From Nocardioides sp. (GTDB lineage Bacteria; Actinomycetota; Actinomycetes; Propionibacteriales; Nocardioidaceae): a stretch of DNA of 64,000 nucleotides. The stretch is taken from NCBI RefSeq assembly GCF_047606145.1, contig NZ_JASGET010000118.1, positions 34,713 through 98,712 on the forward strand, in the 5' to 3' direction. The position numbers and the translations under genes were made by a program. The notes beneath the pieces are model-generated. The model was not told the origin of the DNA. It ran no database searches and saw only the letters and a program-made list of their open reading frames with translations. Each line of letters opens with the position of its first letter. The stretch's first letter is position 1. Of the stretch, positions 9,448-20,200 are shown piece by piece.

Positions 9448-10071
9448 ATGACGAACGCACAGCGACTCTCGGCGCTCGCGTCCGCTGCACTGTTGGCGGT
9501 CGCCGTAACTGCCTGTGCCTCCAGCCTCAGACCGACCACCAGCCCGAGCAGCACTCGAAGTCTCCCGTCGCCGACGACAGCGACCAGCGTGGCGACGCCG
9601 CCATCGGCGAGCGAGGCCGCATCGCGGGCCGCCTCCAACCTCGTAACGAGGTACTACGCGACAGTCGACCAGCTCGGACAACAGTTGAGCGCGCCGCTCG
9701 ATGATCTCTCTGCGGTTGCCGCGGGAGTTCAGCTGAACGCCGAGAGGACGCTTCTGAAGGAGCAGCGACGATCCAAGGAGAGGCAGATCGGCGACACGAG
9801 GGTCGCGCGACTGGAGGTTCAGTCGGTTAACCTCGACAACTCCGACCCCTCGGCGGGCAAGGTCCCGACCGTCGAACTCGACGTCTGCTGGGACGTCAGC
9901 AAGGTTGACGTCGTGAACGCCTCGGGCAAGTCGATCGTCAGCAAGAGCCGTGCCGATACCGGATGGACCCGTCTCATCGTCGCGAACTACCACTACGCCA
10001 CTGACCCGACGCGCGGTTGGCGTGTAGCGACCGGTCAAGATCTCGAGAAGGCGCCATGCGCAGCCTCGTGA
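9448..10071 (+). CDS. lipoprotein, unknown function
   Basis: ATG 9448 gives the signal peptide MTNAQRLSALASAALLAVAVTAC with a lipobox Cys, followed by a Ser/Pro/Thr-rich linker. Confidence 0.7.
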   Translation: MTNAQRLSALASAALLAVAVTACASSLRPTTSPSSTRSLPSPTTATSVATPPSASEAASRAASNLVTRYYATVDQLGQQLSAPLDDLSAVAAGVQLNAERTLLKEQRRSKERQIGDTRVARLEVQSVNLDNSDPSAGKVPTVELDVCWDVSKVDVVNASGKSIVSKSRADTGWTRLIVANYHYATDPTRGWRVATGQDLEKAPCAAS

Positions 10072-11015
10072 TCCGGCTGCTTCCAATGTTGGTCGCGGCC
10101 GGTGGCCTGGTCGTGTTCGGCCATGCGGTCGCGTACGCCGACACCGTCTGCCAGCAGACCAACCCAGCAACAGGCGAGTGCCTCATCTGGGTCGAAGTCC
10201 CTGGCAGCAACCCCACTCCTGGCGGTGGCAGCAGCGACGGTCCTAGCGATACCGGGTCCGGCACTGCCTGCTACTGGGACGGCACCAAGCAGGGCATCAC
10301 GAAGCCGCCTCCCGGGCCTGTGCCCTGCTCGAGCGATGAGGGCTATTGGTCCAATGACCATAACTGCTACATCTCGGCCGTCGATCCGCAGCCGCCGGCC
10401 GGTGACCCGAGTTGGCAGGGGCACCTTCCAGGCGACGGCACGGTCTACAACTGCTACCAACCACAGACCGACCTCCTCGTCGAGATATGGGCTCAGGACC
10501 CGCCACCGAACTCTGGCGCCGGCCCGACACCCCGCGACGTGGCCCAGTTGGCCATCAAGCAAATGGACCTCGAGGCCGTCAACATCGGCATCACACCGGA
10601 CCCGGGCACCAACAGCATCGGACTGGTCGGCATGCCGATCTGGTTGTGGGACGCCGGTCCCGACGCGCACACCTTCGGACCAGCAACGGCTTCCGCGACA
10701 GCGGGCGGCATCACCATCACCGCCACCGCGAAGGTCAACAAGATCACCTGGGACATGGGCGACGGCTCGACCGTGACCTGCACGACCGCAGGCACGCCGT
10801 ACAAGGCGTCGTACGGAAACAAGAAGTCCCCGGACTGCGGCTACGTCTACACGAAGTCCAGCTCGCACGAGCCGGGCGGGAAGTACACCGTTACCGCCAC
10901 ATCGGACTGGGTGATCACCTGGGAAGGGGCCGGGCAGAACGGGGTCATCCGGCTCAACGGACTGTCGCGATCAGTGCAGATCGCGGTCGGGGAAGCGCAG
11001 GTGCTCGTGCAGTAG
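10056..11015 (+). CDS. secreted Cys-containing protein, unknown function
   Basis: ATG 10056 gives the signal peptide MRSLVIRLLPMLVAAGGLVVFGHAVAYA. GC3 is high, and the C-terminal region is beta-rich. Confidence 0.65.
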   Translation: MRSLVIRLLPMLVAAGGLVVFGHAVAYADTVCQQTNPATGECLIWVEVPGSNPTPGGGSSDGPSDTGSGTACYWDGTKQGITKPPPGPVPCSSDEGYWSNDHNCYISAVDPQPPAGDPSWQGHLPGDGTVYNCYQPQTDLLVEIWAQDPPPNSGAGPTPRDVAQLAIKQMDLEAVNIGITPDPGTNSIGLVGMPIWLWDAGPDAHTFGPATASATAGGITITATAKVNKITWDMGDGSTVTCTTAGTPYKASYGNKKSPDCGYVYTKSSSHEPGGKYTVTATSDWVITWEGAGQNGVIRLNGLSRSVQIAVGEAQVLVQ

Positions 11016-11048
11016 CGGGCACCTAGGACGAGGGCGAGAGGCACAGGT

Positions 11049-11717
11049 ATGAGTACAGCCACCCGAGACGAGAGGGCTCTTCATCAGGAGGGTCCAGCGC
11101 CGACCGCCCTCGTGCCTCCACCGAAGCTGCGCCGACGGCCTGCGCTCATCGCGGCAGCGGTCGCGGCGATCTGCCTTGGCGCGCTGCTCGCCGGATGGGC
11201 GTGGAAGGCCACGACCGACACCCAGGAGGTGCTGGTCGCGCGCGACACCATCTCTCGTGGCTCGGTGATCAAGGCTTCCGACCTGGAGCGGGTACGCCTC
11301 AGCGCCGATCCCGCTCTCCACCCGGTGCCGGGATCGGAGTTCGACGAGGTCGTTGGCAAGCGCGCCTCCCTGGACATCGCGGCGGGCGGAATGCTGACCC
11401 CAGAGTCGTTCACCTCGACCATCGTTCCTGGCGACGGCCAGTCGGTCGTCGGTGTCTCACTCACACCAGCACAGTCGCCGGGGCTGGCGCTGAACAGCGG
11501 TGACCACGTCCGCGTCGTCGTCACGCCCGGGCAGGGCGCGGACATCCCTGCTGGCGCGCCGCTGTTCAACGAGGCGACCGTGGTCGGAGTCCACACTGAC
11601 GAGACCTCGGGCAACACCGTGGTGGATCTGCTCGTCGATCATGCCGATGCGGCTGTGCTCGCCGAGCGGGTGGCGACCGGGAACATCGCCATCGTCCTGG
11701 ACTCGCGGGAGAACTGA
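11049..11717 (+). CDS. cpaB: Flp pilus assembly protein CpaB/RcpC-like (SAF domain)
   Basis: It has an N-terminal TM anchor followed by VLVARDTISRGSVIKASDLERV, which is SAF-domain-like. It sits first in the tad operon. Confidence 0.75.
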   Translation: MSTATRDERALHQEGPAPTALVPPPKLRRRPALIAAAVAAICLGALLAGWAWKATTDTQEVLVARDTISRGSVIKASDLERVRLSADPALHPVPGSEFDEVVGKRASLDIAAGGMLTPESFTSTIVPGDGQSVVGVSLTPAQSPGLALNSGDHVRVVVTPGQGADIPAGAPLFNEATVVGVHTDETSGNTVVDLLVDHADAAVLAERVATGNIAIVLDSREN

Positions 11718-11718
11718 C

Positions 11719-12483
11719 ATGGCGATCATCGTCCTCGCCTCCGCCTCCGGCTCGCCCGGCGTCACCACGACCGCCCTCGGACTGGCGCTGTTGTGGCCGA
11801 GACCGGTGCTGCTGGTCGAGGCCGACCCGACGGGCGGCTCCGGGCTGCTCGCGGGCTACTTCCGCGGGACGCGCGACGACCCTGGCCTGATCGAGCTGGC
11901 GCTGACTGCGAGCAACCTCAGCGATGCTCTCGCCGATGTGGTTCAGAAGGTCGACGGCACGACGGTCTCCTTCGTCCCTGGTACCCGCTCGCACACCCAG
12001 GCCAGCGCGTTGCGGGACCTATGGGCGCCGCTGGCCGAGACCCTCGGTGAGCTGGAGGCGACCGGCCAGGACGTCATTGTCGACGCCGGTCGGCTCGGAC
12101 TGAACGGATCGCCGACCCCTCTGCTCGATGCGGCCGACCTGGCGCTTCTCGTCAGCCGTACGTCGCTTCCGGCGATCTCCGCGATGCGGTCGTGGGCCGA
12201 CGCCTTCCAACGCCCGGCTCTCGACTGGCACCAGTCGGGCCTCCTGGTTGTCGGCCCCGGGCAGCCCTATGAGGCGAGCGACGTCGCCGACGTCGCCGGA
12301 CTGCCAGTGGTCGCCACGCTAGCCGCCGATCCAGCGTCGGCCGAGGTCTTCTACCGGGGCGCCGACCAGCCGAAGCGGTTCGAGTCCGGCCCGCTGGTGC
12401 GCAGCCTGAACGCAGCGGTTGCGTCGATCCACTCGACCATCAGCCGGCGCCGTACCGAGCTGCTCGAAGGAGCCCGGTCATGA
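11719..12483 (+). CDS. CpaE/ParA-like protein with degenerate P-loop (Rv3660c/Ssd-type)
   Basis: The N-terminus is MAIIVLASASGSPGVTTTALGLA. It has a MinD/ParA-like layout but no Walker-A lysine. It lies immediately upstream of cpaF. Confidence 0.7.
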   Translation: MAIIVLASASGSPGVTTTALGLALLWPRPVLLVEADPTGGSGLLAGYFRGTRDDPGLIELALTASNLSDALADVVQKVDGTTVSFVPGTRSHTQASALRDLWAPLAETLGELEATGQDVIVDAGRLGLNGSPTPLLDAADLALLVSRTSLPAISAMRSWADAFQRPALDWHQSGLLVVGPGQPYEASDVADVAGLPVVATLAADPASAEVFYRGADQPKRFESGPLVRSLNAAVASIHSTISRRRTELLEGARS

Positions 12484-13964
12484 CAACCGAGCGCTCCGAA
12501 GGGCGCAAGGCGCCGCTCGCGGGGTTGCCGCTGTTCAGCAAGCTGCCTCCAATGCCCACCGAGCAGCGGAACAGTCCCCATCTTATGGCCGCGCCGGAAC
12601 TGACGACCGTAAGCAGTGGACCTATCGGCAGCAACGTGGACTGGTCGCTTGTCTCTGCCCTGCGGGCGCAAGCGTCCGAGCAACTCAGCCAAGCTGTCGC
12701 CGCCGAGCGAGGCCGGCTCGACAAGATCTCCCAAGAGGAGCTCGGCAGGACGATCGTGCTCGACCTGATCGAGGCCACAGTCGCCGACCGCGTGAACGCG
12801 GGCTCGACCGCGATGTCGCCAGCCAACCAGGACGCGCTCGCCCGGGCGGTCTTCGACTCGCTGTTCCGGCTCGGGCGGCTTCAGCCTTTCGTGGATGACG
12901 ACCGTCTAGAGAACATCATCATCACCGGACACGACAACGTGCTGCTCGAACTCACCGACGGCTCCCTAGCCGACGGGCCGCCGGTGGCTGACTCCGATGA
13001 GGAGCTGATCGACTTCCTGGTCTTCCTCGCCTCCAGGTCCGAGGTCAACGCCCGCGGTTTCTCCGAAGCCCAACCGCGCCTGCATCTGCGCCTAGACGGC
13101 GGCTCGCGCCTGGCTGCTGCCGCGTGGGTGACCCCGCGACCGTCGGTCGTGATCCGGCGTCACCGGTTAATGGAGGTCACCCTCGATGACCTCGTCGAAC
13201 GCCAGATGCTCACTCCCGTTGTCGCGTCGTTCCTGCGTGCGGCGGTGCGGGCGCGCAAGTCCATCGTCGTCTCCGGGTCACAGGGCGCTGGCAAAACGAC
13301 CCTGGTGCGGGCACTGTGTGCGGAGATCGACCCGCTGGAGGCGATCGGGACCTTCGAGACCGAGTACGAGCTGCACCTGCACGAGCTGCGCGACCGGCAC
13401 CGGATCGTCCACCCGTGGGAAGCCCGACCTGGGTCCGGCGAACGCGGACTCGACGGCAAGGCCGCGGGCGAGTTCACGCTCGATGAGGCGCTGGTCGACT
13501 CCTTCCGGTTCAACCTCTCCCGTCAGATCGTCGGCGAGGTCAGGGGCCGTGAGATCTGGGCGATGATCAAAGCGATGGAGAGTGGGACAGGCTCGATCTC
13601 CACCACTCACGCCTCCGACGCGGTCGCGGCGATCCGCAAGCTCGTGACCTGCGCGATGGAGGCCGGACCGCACGTCACCCACGCACTGGCGACCTCGAAA
13701 CTCGCCGCGACAATCGACGTCATCGTCCACCTCGACCTCCAGACGTCGAGCCAGGACGGGCGCAGCGTCCGACACCGCCGGGTGGCCGAGATCATCGCCC
13801 TCGACCCCGGTGAGCGCGAGACCGGCTACGCCACCACCCACGTCTTCGCGCCAGACCTCGACGGCACCGCCGTGCCCGCCGTGCTGCCCGACTCGTATCG
13901 AGCGCTGGCACGTTATGGGTTCGACCTCAACGGCTACCTGGCGCAGCAGGAGGTGCGGTCGTGA
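12480..13964 (+). CDS. cpaF: CpaF/TadA family secretion ATPase
   Basis: Walker A is VVSGSQGAGKTTLVRAL, and the T2SS/T4SS ATPase core (RQIVGEVRG, STTHA) is present. The start overlaps the upstream stop. Confidence 0.95.
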   Translation: MTTERSEGRKAPLAGLPLFSKLPPMPTEQRNSPHLMAAPELTTVSSGPIGSNVDWSLVSALRAQASEQLSQAVAAERGRLDKISQEELGRTIVLDLIEATVADRVNAGSTAMSPANQDALARAVFDSLFRLGRLQPFVDDDRLENIIITGHDNVLLELTDGSLADGPPVADSDEELIDFLVFLASRSEVNARGFSEAQPRLHLRLDGGSRLAAAAWVTPRPSVVIRRHRLMEVTLDDLVERQMLTPVVASFLRAAVRARKSIVVSGSQGAGKTTLVRALCAEIDPLEAIGTFETEYELHLHELRDRHRIVHPWEARPGSGERGLDGKAAGEFTLDEALVDSFRFNLSRQIVGEVRGREIWAMIKAMESGTGSISTTHASDAVAAIRKLVTCAMEAGPHVTHALATSKLAATIDVIVHLDLQTSSQDGRSVRHRRVAEIIALDPGERETGYATTHVFAPDLDGTAVPAVLPDSYRALARYGFDLNGYLAQQEVRS

Positions 13965-14824
13965 TCCTCCTGGTCCCCGCTATTGCGGGCGCTCTCGTTG
14001 TCGGCGGCCTGATCGCGCTCGGGCTCGGGCTCCGCCCTTCCCCGGTCATCCAGCGCCCCGCCCGACCCCGACGGTTGCCGAAGCTCTCGGCGCAGGCTCG
14101 GCGACTGCTGCTCGCCGGGGTCGCCGTCGGCATGGTTGCGTTCCTGATCACCGGATGGGTGCTCGCCCTTCTCGTCGTCCCCATCGCGTTCGTCGGACTG
14201 CCCCTCCTACTCTCCTCCTCCTCAGCCGCCCAGCGCATCGCGCGTCTTGAAGCGATGGAGGAATGGACCCGCTCGCTCTCCGGCGTGCTGACCGTCGGCG
14301 TCGGCCTGGAGCAGGCACTGGTCGCCACGCTCCGTTCCACCCCTGCCGCCATTGCTCCCGAGGTGACCCGACTGGTCGCGCGGCTGCGGGCACGGTGGGT
14401 CACCGAGGACGCGTTGCGGGCGTTCGCCGACGAGCTGAACGACGCCACCGGCGACCTCGTGGCCGCGAACTTGATCCTTGGTGCCCGCCGGAGGGGCGCA
14501 GGACTCTCCAGCGTCCTCGAGGGACTGGCCGAGTCCGTTGCCGCCGACGTGCGCTCCCGGCGTCAGGTCGAAGCCGACCGCGCCAAGCCCCGGTCCACTG
14601 CCCGGTGGGTGACGCTCATCAGCGTCGGTGTGCTCGTGATCCTCGCCGTCTCGGGGACGTACGTGAAGCCCTATCAGAGCCCGCTCGGCCAGGTCGTCCT
14701 CGTCGGCCTGCTGGCGGCGTACGTCGCCACGCTGGTCTGGATGAAGCGCATGGCGATTGGGCGGGCGATGCCGCGGTTCCTCGCGCCCGTCCCAGGTTCA
14801 CCCAAGGAAGGCGGCGCGGCATGA
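13961..14824 (+). CDS. tadB: TadB-like type II secretion system F-family membrane protein
   Basis: It is a polytopic membrane protein lying after cpaF, and GTG 13961 overlaps the cpaF stop. Confidence 0.8.
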   Translation: MILLVPAIAGALVVGGLIALGLGLRPSPVIQRPARPRRLPKLSAQARRLLLAGVAVGMVAFLITGWVLALLVVPIAFVGLPLLLSSSSAAQRIARLEAMEEWTRSLSGVLTVGVGLEQALVATLRSTPAAIAPEVTRLVARLRARWVTEDALRAFADELNDATGDLVAANLILGARRRGAGLSSVLEGLAESVAADVRSRRQVEADRAKPRSTARWVTLISVGVLVILAVSGTYVKPYQSPLGQVVLVGLLAAYVATLVWMKRMAIGRAMPRFLAPVPGSPKEGGAA

Positions 14825-15726
14825 CGACCGGACTCCAAATCGCGCTGCTCGGCGGCGGATTTCTCGGCCTGGGGATCGTGCTGCTCATCGCCCGCCTCAT
14901 GCCCGCCGAACCGGACCTGGCCGAAGCACTCTCACGGCTCACCCCAACCCGGGGACGAGCCAACGCTGTTGGTCCGGTCACGACGGCGAAGGGCAAGGAG
15001 CGGATCGGGGTCTGGGCGATCAAGGCCCTGCCGCCGGCCATCTGGATCAGGACCCCGGCCCGCGAGCTGGCGTTGCTGCGCATCCCGTTGGCGAGGTTCT
15101 ACGGCGACAAGATTGTCATGGCCGGCCTCGGCCTGGTGATCCCGCCGCTGCTGGGGTTCTTCTTCGACCAGATCGGCCTCGGGTTTCCCCTCGCCATTCC
15201 GGCCGTCGCCTCCATAGGACTGGCCGTGGTGATGTTCTTCCTGCCCAACTACAACGCCGTCGACGACGCGAAGAAGGCCCGGCTGGAGTTCGCCCGCGCG
15301 CTGGGTGCCTACATCGACCTCGTCGCCCTGGAGCGCAACAACGGCTCCGGCGTCCGTCAGGCGATGGAATCCGCGGCCGAGGTCGGCGACTCGTGGGTGT
15401 TCACCCGGCTCTCCGAGGAGCTGACCCGGTCACGCTGGTCGGGCCAGCCACCGTGGGACGCGCTGCACGCGCTCGCCGAGGAACTCGGCCTGTCCGAGCT
15501 GGACGACTTTGCCGACATCATGCGCCTCTCGGGCGAGGAGGGCGCCTCCGTGTACGTGAACCTGCGTGCCCGCTCGGCCGCGATGCGTACGGCGATGCTC
15601 AACGACGAGATCGCCGAAGCCAACGCGGTCGGTGAGCGCATGACCATCCCCGGCTCCTTGCTCGGCGTCATCTTCTTGGCGCTGCTCGTCGCCCCGTCGT
15701 TGCTGCGGATGTTCAGCAACACCTGA
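14821..15726 (+). CDS. tadC: TadC-like type II secretion system F-family membrane protein
   Basis: ATG 14821 overlaps the tadB stop (ATGA). It is a membrane protein with a central soluble helical domain. Confidence 0.8.
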   Translation: MTTGLQIALLGGGFLGLGIVLLIARLMPAEPDLAEALSRLTPTRGRANAVGPVTTAKGKERIGVWAIKALPPAIWIRTPARELALLRIPLARFYGDKIVMAGLGLVIPPLLGFFFDQIGLGFPLAIPAVASIGLAVVMFFLPNYNAVDDAKKARLEFARALGAYIDLVALERNNGSGVRQAMESAAEVGDSWVFTRLSEELTRSRWSGQPPWDALHALAEELGLSELDDFADIMRLSGEEGASVYVNLRARSAAMRTAMLNDEIAEANAVGERMTIPGSLLGVIFLALLVAPSLLRMFSNT

Positions 15727-15788
15727 CCACCAGAGAACCCCACTCAGCCCCGAGGAAGGGACACCCGTTCAGGAAAGGAAACACCAGA

Positions 15789-15980
15789 ATGAATCGACTG
15801 CTCGCACTCCTACTCACCGTCCATCTGGGCCTCGATACCAGGCTCCGCCGCGCGCGCTCAGAACGCGGCTCCGTCACGATCGAGAACGTCTTGTGGGCTG
15901 TGGCCGTCATTGTCTTCGTGGGAATCGTCGTCGCGGCGATCAAGGCGTATGTCACCTCGCAGGCCGGTAACATCAAGTAG
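15789..15980 (+). CDS. Flp-type (class III signal peptide) pilin-like protein
   Basis: It is 63 aa, with a basic leader ...RRARSERG followed by the hydrophobic helix SVTIENVLWAVAVIVFVGIVVAAI. It lies after tadC, as in Rv3656c-type loci. Confidence 0.7.
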   Translation: MNRLLALLLTVHLGLDTRLRRARSERGSVTIENVLWAVAVIVFVGIVVAAIKAYVTSQAGNIK

Positions 15981-16386
15981 CCATCGTCGACCAAGACAGC
16001 TGCACCGCCGCCGACGTGGCGAGCGCGGCTCGGTCTCGATCGAGATGGTCATTCTGCTGCCCGCCTTGTTCGCCGTGATGTTCCTCGGCAGGCAGGCGGC
16101 GCTGTTCTACCACGCCCGCACAGTGGCGATCGCCGCCGCACAGGAAGGCGCGAAGGCCGCCGCAGCCGAGAACGGCAAAGACTCCGACGGCGTCACAGCC
16201 GCGTCCTCGTTCGTCGCCGATGCCGGCGGCGACGACGTGCTGACCGACGCCAGCGCGACCGCGAACCGCACCGCGACCACAGTCACCGTCACGGTGACCG
16301 GCCACAGCCTCAGTGTGATCCCCGGCTGGAGTCCGGCGATCGTCCAGTCGGCAACGTTGCCCGTCGAGAGACTCACCGCACCATGA
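15949..16386 (+). CDS. TadE-like pseudopilin
   Basis: ERGSVSIEMVILLPALFAVMFLG is the TadE N-terminal motif. The start is uncertain: the only in-frame canonical starts upstream of the motif are ATG 15949 and 15910, and both overlap the pilin gene. Confidence 0.65.
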   Translation: MSPRRPVTSSSHRRPRQLHRRRRGERGSVSIEMVILLPALFAVMFLGRQAALFYHARTVAIAAAQEGAKAAAAENGKDSDGVTAASSFVADAGGDDVLTDASATANRTATTVTVTVTGHSLSVIPGWSPAIVQSATLPVERLTAP

Positions 16387-16811
16387 CCGGCCAGCGGAGG
16401 GACGAGCGGGGCTCGGCGGCTGTCGAAGCCGTCGTCGGCGTACCCGCCTTCATCCTATTCGTCGGGCTCATCATCTTCGGCGGACGAACGGCGATGACCC
16501 ACGGAGCCGTCGAATCAGCCGCCGCCGACGCTGCCCGCTCCGCCTCGATCGCCCGCGACCCCGCCGAGGCATCGAGCGACGCGAAGACCGCGGCCGAGGC
16601 CAGCCTCGCCAACCAGCACATCCACTGCCTGAGCGTCACCGTGAACATCGACGACTCCGCCTTCTCCCTGCCCGTCGGCACGCCAGGCTCGGTCACCGCC
16701 ACCGTGGAGTGCCTCCTCGACCTCTCGGACCTGTCTGTGCCGGGCGTGCCAGGCAGCCGCCTCATCAAGGCCACCGTCAGCTCGCCGCTGGACACCTGGA
16801 GGGAACGGTGA
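16383..16811 (+). CDS. TadE-like pseudopilin
   Basis: It has the motif ERGSAAVEAVVGVPAFILFVGLIIFG, and its start overlaps the previous stop. Confidence 0.8.
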   Translation: MTGQRRDERGSAAVEAVVGVPAFILFVGLIIFGGRTAMTHGAVESAAADAARSASIARDPAEASSDAKTAAEASLANQHIHCLSVTVNIDDSAFSLPVGTPGSVTATVECLLDLSDLSVPGVPGSRLIKATVSSPLDTWRER

Positions 16812-17245
16812 GCACGCGCCGCACGCGCCGTACACGGGACGAGCGCGGCTCCATCAGCATCTGGATGGTCACCGCGAGCTTCGTGATGATCGTCCTCGTC
16901 GGACTGGCCGTCGACCTCGGCGGACAGGTCCAGGCCAAGGAGCGCGCCCACGACATCGCCGCCGAAGCCGCCCGTACCGGCGGGGAGCAAGTGCAGGCCG
17001 CACCCGCCATCGAAGGCCAGTACCTCGCTGTCGACACCACCGCCGCCAAGAAGGCTGCCGAGGACTACCTTGCCGCCTCGGGCGTCACCGGCACCGTGAC
17101 CATTACCGGCGGGAACACGATCATGGCCGACGTCACCGACGTCTACGACCCGAAGTTCCTCAGCATCATCGGCGTCGGCAACCTGACCGTCACCAGCAGC
17201 GCCGCGGCACGACTGATCCGCAGCCTCGGAGGGAGCGAACGATGA
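16808..17245 (+). CDS. TadE/TadG-like pseudopilin
   Basis: GTG 16808 overlaps the previous stop (GTGA). It has the motif ERGSISIWMVTASFVMIVLVGLAVDLG. Confidence 0.75.
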   Translation: MSTRRTRRTRDERGSISIWMVTASFVMIVLVGLAVDLGGQVQAKERAHDIAAEAARTGGEQVQAAPAIEGQYLAVDTTAAKKAAEDYLAASGVTGTVTITGGNTIMADVTDVYDPKFLSIIGVGNLTVTSSAAARLIRSLGGSER

Positions 17246-20200
17246 CCCAGCCCAGCTTCGCGCAACGACTCCAAGGACTCGGAGCAGCACTCGCGCTCCT
17301 GCTCTTGGTGGTCGGCATCCCGGTCGTGCTCGTCGCCATTGGCGCCGCCCCGTGGAACGCCCAGCTCGACCAGACCCGCACCCTGCTCACCAGCCCCGAC
17401 GACGGCACCCTGGCGATGGTCGTCATCGCCGCCGCAGCGTGGATCGCCTGGCTCCTCATCGCCGTCTCGTTCCTCGTCGAAGCGGTCTCGCGTGTCCGCG
17501 GGCTACCGGCGCCGACTCTTCCGGGATTCGGCGTGCCTCAACGCGCCGTAGGTCAGCTCGTGACCGTCGCAGCCCTGCTCTTCGTCGCAGCCCCCACCGT
17601 GATGGTTGCGTTCCCGACCCCGCCCGCCCACGCCGCAGCGGCCGCGTCCGTCCTCGACACTCCCCAGGTTCAGGCTGCGCCCGTCCTCCCGGAAGCTGCG
17701 CCCGTCCAGGCCCACGTCGAATCGGAGACGAAGCACAAGACGACCATCGACTACACCGTCAGACGCGGCGACAGCCTGTGGAAGATCGCCGACCACCTGC
17801 TCGGAGACGGCTCACGATTCCGCGAGATCGTCGACGTCAACCGCAGCGTGCTCGACCGGCCCGACTTCATCACCCCCGGCACAGTGCTCAAGGTGCCATA
17901 CGAGGCGGCCGAGCCCACCTCCGACCGGCCGACCGAGGAGTACGTCGTCCAGCCCGGCGACACGCTCTCCGAGATCGCCGAAGCCAAGCTCGGCGACCCA
18001 AAGCTCTACCCAGAACTCTTCGCCGCGTCGCGCCGCACCGTCCAGCCCGACGGCGAGCACCTGACCAACCCAAACCTGATCCGCCCCGGCTGGGACATCA
18101 CCATCCCCGGCCAGGCCAAACACAAGGCGGAGACTCCCGAAAAGCCGACGCACGAGGTGACGCCACCAGCCTCCGTCGATCCGCCGACACAGACACCCAC
18201 CGAGACACCGACCCCTACAAGCGAGGCAACGTCGAGCTCGACCTCGACCGCCGATCGAGAGCCCACTAGCACCCACGCCGCGACCGATAACGAAGCCGAG
18301 TCGTCGACTCCCAGCTGGCTGGTGCCCGGACTCACCGGCGCGGGCGCGGTCCTTGCCGCCGGACTCCTCGCCGCGCTGCGCCGGCGCCAGCGCACCCAAC
18401 TGCGCTACAGGCGACCCGGGCACATCGTCGTGCCACCGCCTACGCCACTGAACGGCCTGGAGAAGACCCTTCACATCGAAGGCTCTTCTAGGACCACGCA
18501 GGTCGAGGCGCTGGACCACGTTCTCCGGCAGATCAGCGGCAGCCCTCGCGGTCTGCCCGAGGTGATCGCGGTCGCACTCTCCGCTGACGAAGCAACGCTC
18601 CATCTGGCCGAGGCCAATGCCGATGCGATGCTCCCGGAGCCGTGGAGCGGAGCTGGCCGAACCCGCATAGCCCCACTCCAAAGCGGCAGTGCCAAGCCAC
18701 TTGAGCAGAGCCCACCGCCGTACCCACTCCTGGTCGCCGTCGGACAAGACGACGCCGGCGCGATCTGGTTCCTCAACCTCGGCCACGCGGCGCACGTCGC
18801 CGTCACGGGCGAGGCCAACGTAGGCGAGGACTTCCTTCGCCACCTCGCTGCCGAGCTGGCACTCAACTCGTGGTCCGCCGAGGTCGACATCGACACCTTC
18901 GGCCTCGCACCCACGCTTGTGGGCATTGACCCGCACCGGCTTCACCACCACGCCGACACTCGCCTGCTCGACAAGCTCACGGCAGACCTTACCCAACCCG
19001 GCATCCCCGGCCTTGCCCCAGAACGACGCCGCACCCTGCTTCTGGAGCACACGTACGCGGACACCGATGCGGCGCACGCAATCACTTCGGCCAACACCAC
19101 TCATGCGGCTCGCGGCATCACCGTGGTCACCGTCGGCGAGCACCGCACCGACGAGTCGCTGGCACTGGACATCGACGAGTCCGCCCGACTCACCATTCCC
19201 CTTCTCGGCATCACCATCGCGGCAGCGGGCCTGAGCGACGAGGAGGCATCGGCGTGCGCGGCGATCCTCGCAGTCACCCGAGACGCCACTCTCGCCGCGG
19301 TTCCTGTGGACGAGGCGGCGACCGGCCGCGACAAGCTGGTCGACAAGGCCGGCGCGCTGCGTGACCAACTCGTGGAGTCCCGGCCAATGGGACCGGCAGG
19401 CGGCACAGCGCTTCTCCCTCGGCCGACCAGTGAGTACGCCGACATCGCGGCGACCACGCCCGAAGACCTCGAGACACTGGCACCGATCGTACCCGAGACG
19501 ACTCGCACCGCTGTCGAGGACGCCGACCCGACCTTGGACCAGGAAGTCGCGTGGTGGTTCGACCCCACCTGTCGCCTCCCACGCATCAGCGTCTTGGGAC
19601 CGGTGCATGGGCGTGCTTACGGGGACGCGACGGACATAGCCGGCCGCAAGCCTTTCTACACCGAGATGCTGGCCTTCCTCGCCCTCCACCCCGGCGGGGT
19701 GACCTCCGGGCAGGTCGCCGACGCCTTCGCCATCACGCCCAAGCGAGCCCGAGTCGACATGAACGCGCTCCGCTCCTGGCTCGGCACGAACCCTCACACC
19801 AGCGGACCGCATCTCCCGAAGGCGGACGAGTCCCGGGCCGCGAGGCAGCGGGGCGGGTACTTCTATCAAGTCGACGACGTACTGCTGGACGCCGACCTGT
19901 TCCGGCGTCTCCGGGCTCGGGGTCAGGCGCGTGGCGCGGCAGGCATCAGTGACCTCGCGACAGCCCTGAGACTGGTCACCGGCCAGCCATTCGGGCAACT
20001 CCGCAACAACGGCTGGTCCTGGGTCCTGGAGGGCGACCGGCTTGACCACATCCTCACCTGCGCCATCGTGGACGTCGCCCACATTGTGACGACCCACGCC
20101 CTCGCCGAGGGAGACCTAGCGATGGCCCACGAAGCCGTCGAGATCGCCCACCATGCCGCACCGTACGACGAGATCACCAGCCTCGACCTCGTGGCCGTCG

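Noticed and set aside
17812-20097. Very long antisense or alternative-frame ORFs, for example 17812-20097(-) 761 aa, 22181-24145(-) 654 aa, 52917-55418(+) 833 aa, 55385-57568(+) 727 aa and 52774-53940(-).
   Set aside because: They are typical high-GC shadow frames. They are Arg/Gly/Pro/Asp-rich and of low complexity. They fully overlap genes with clear motifs, and their third codon positions fall on the first or second positions of the real genes.
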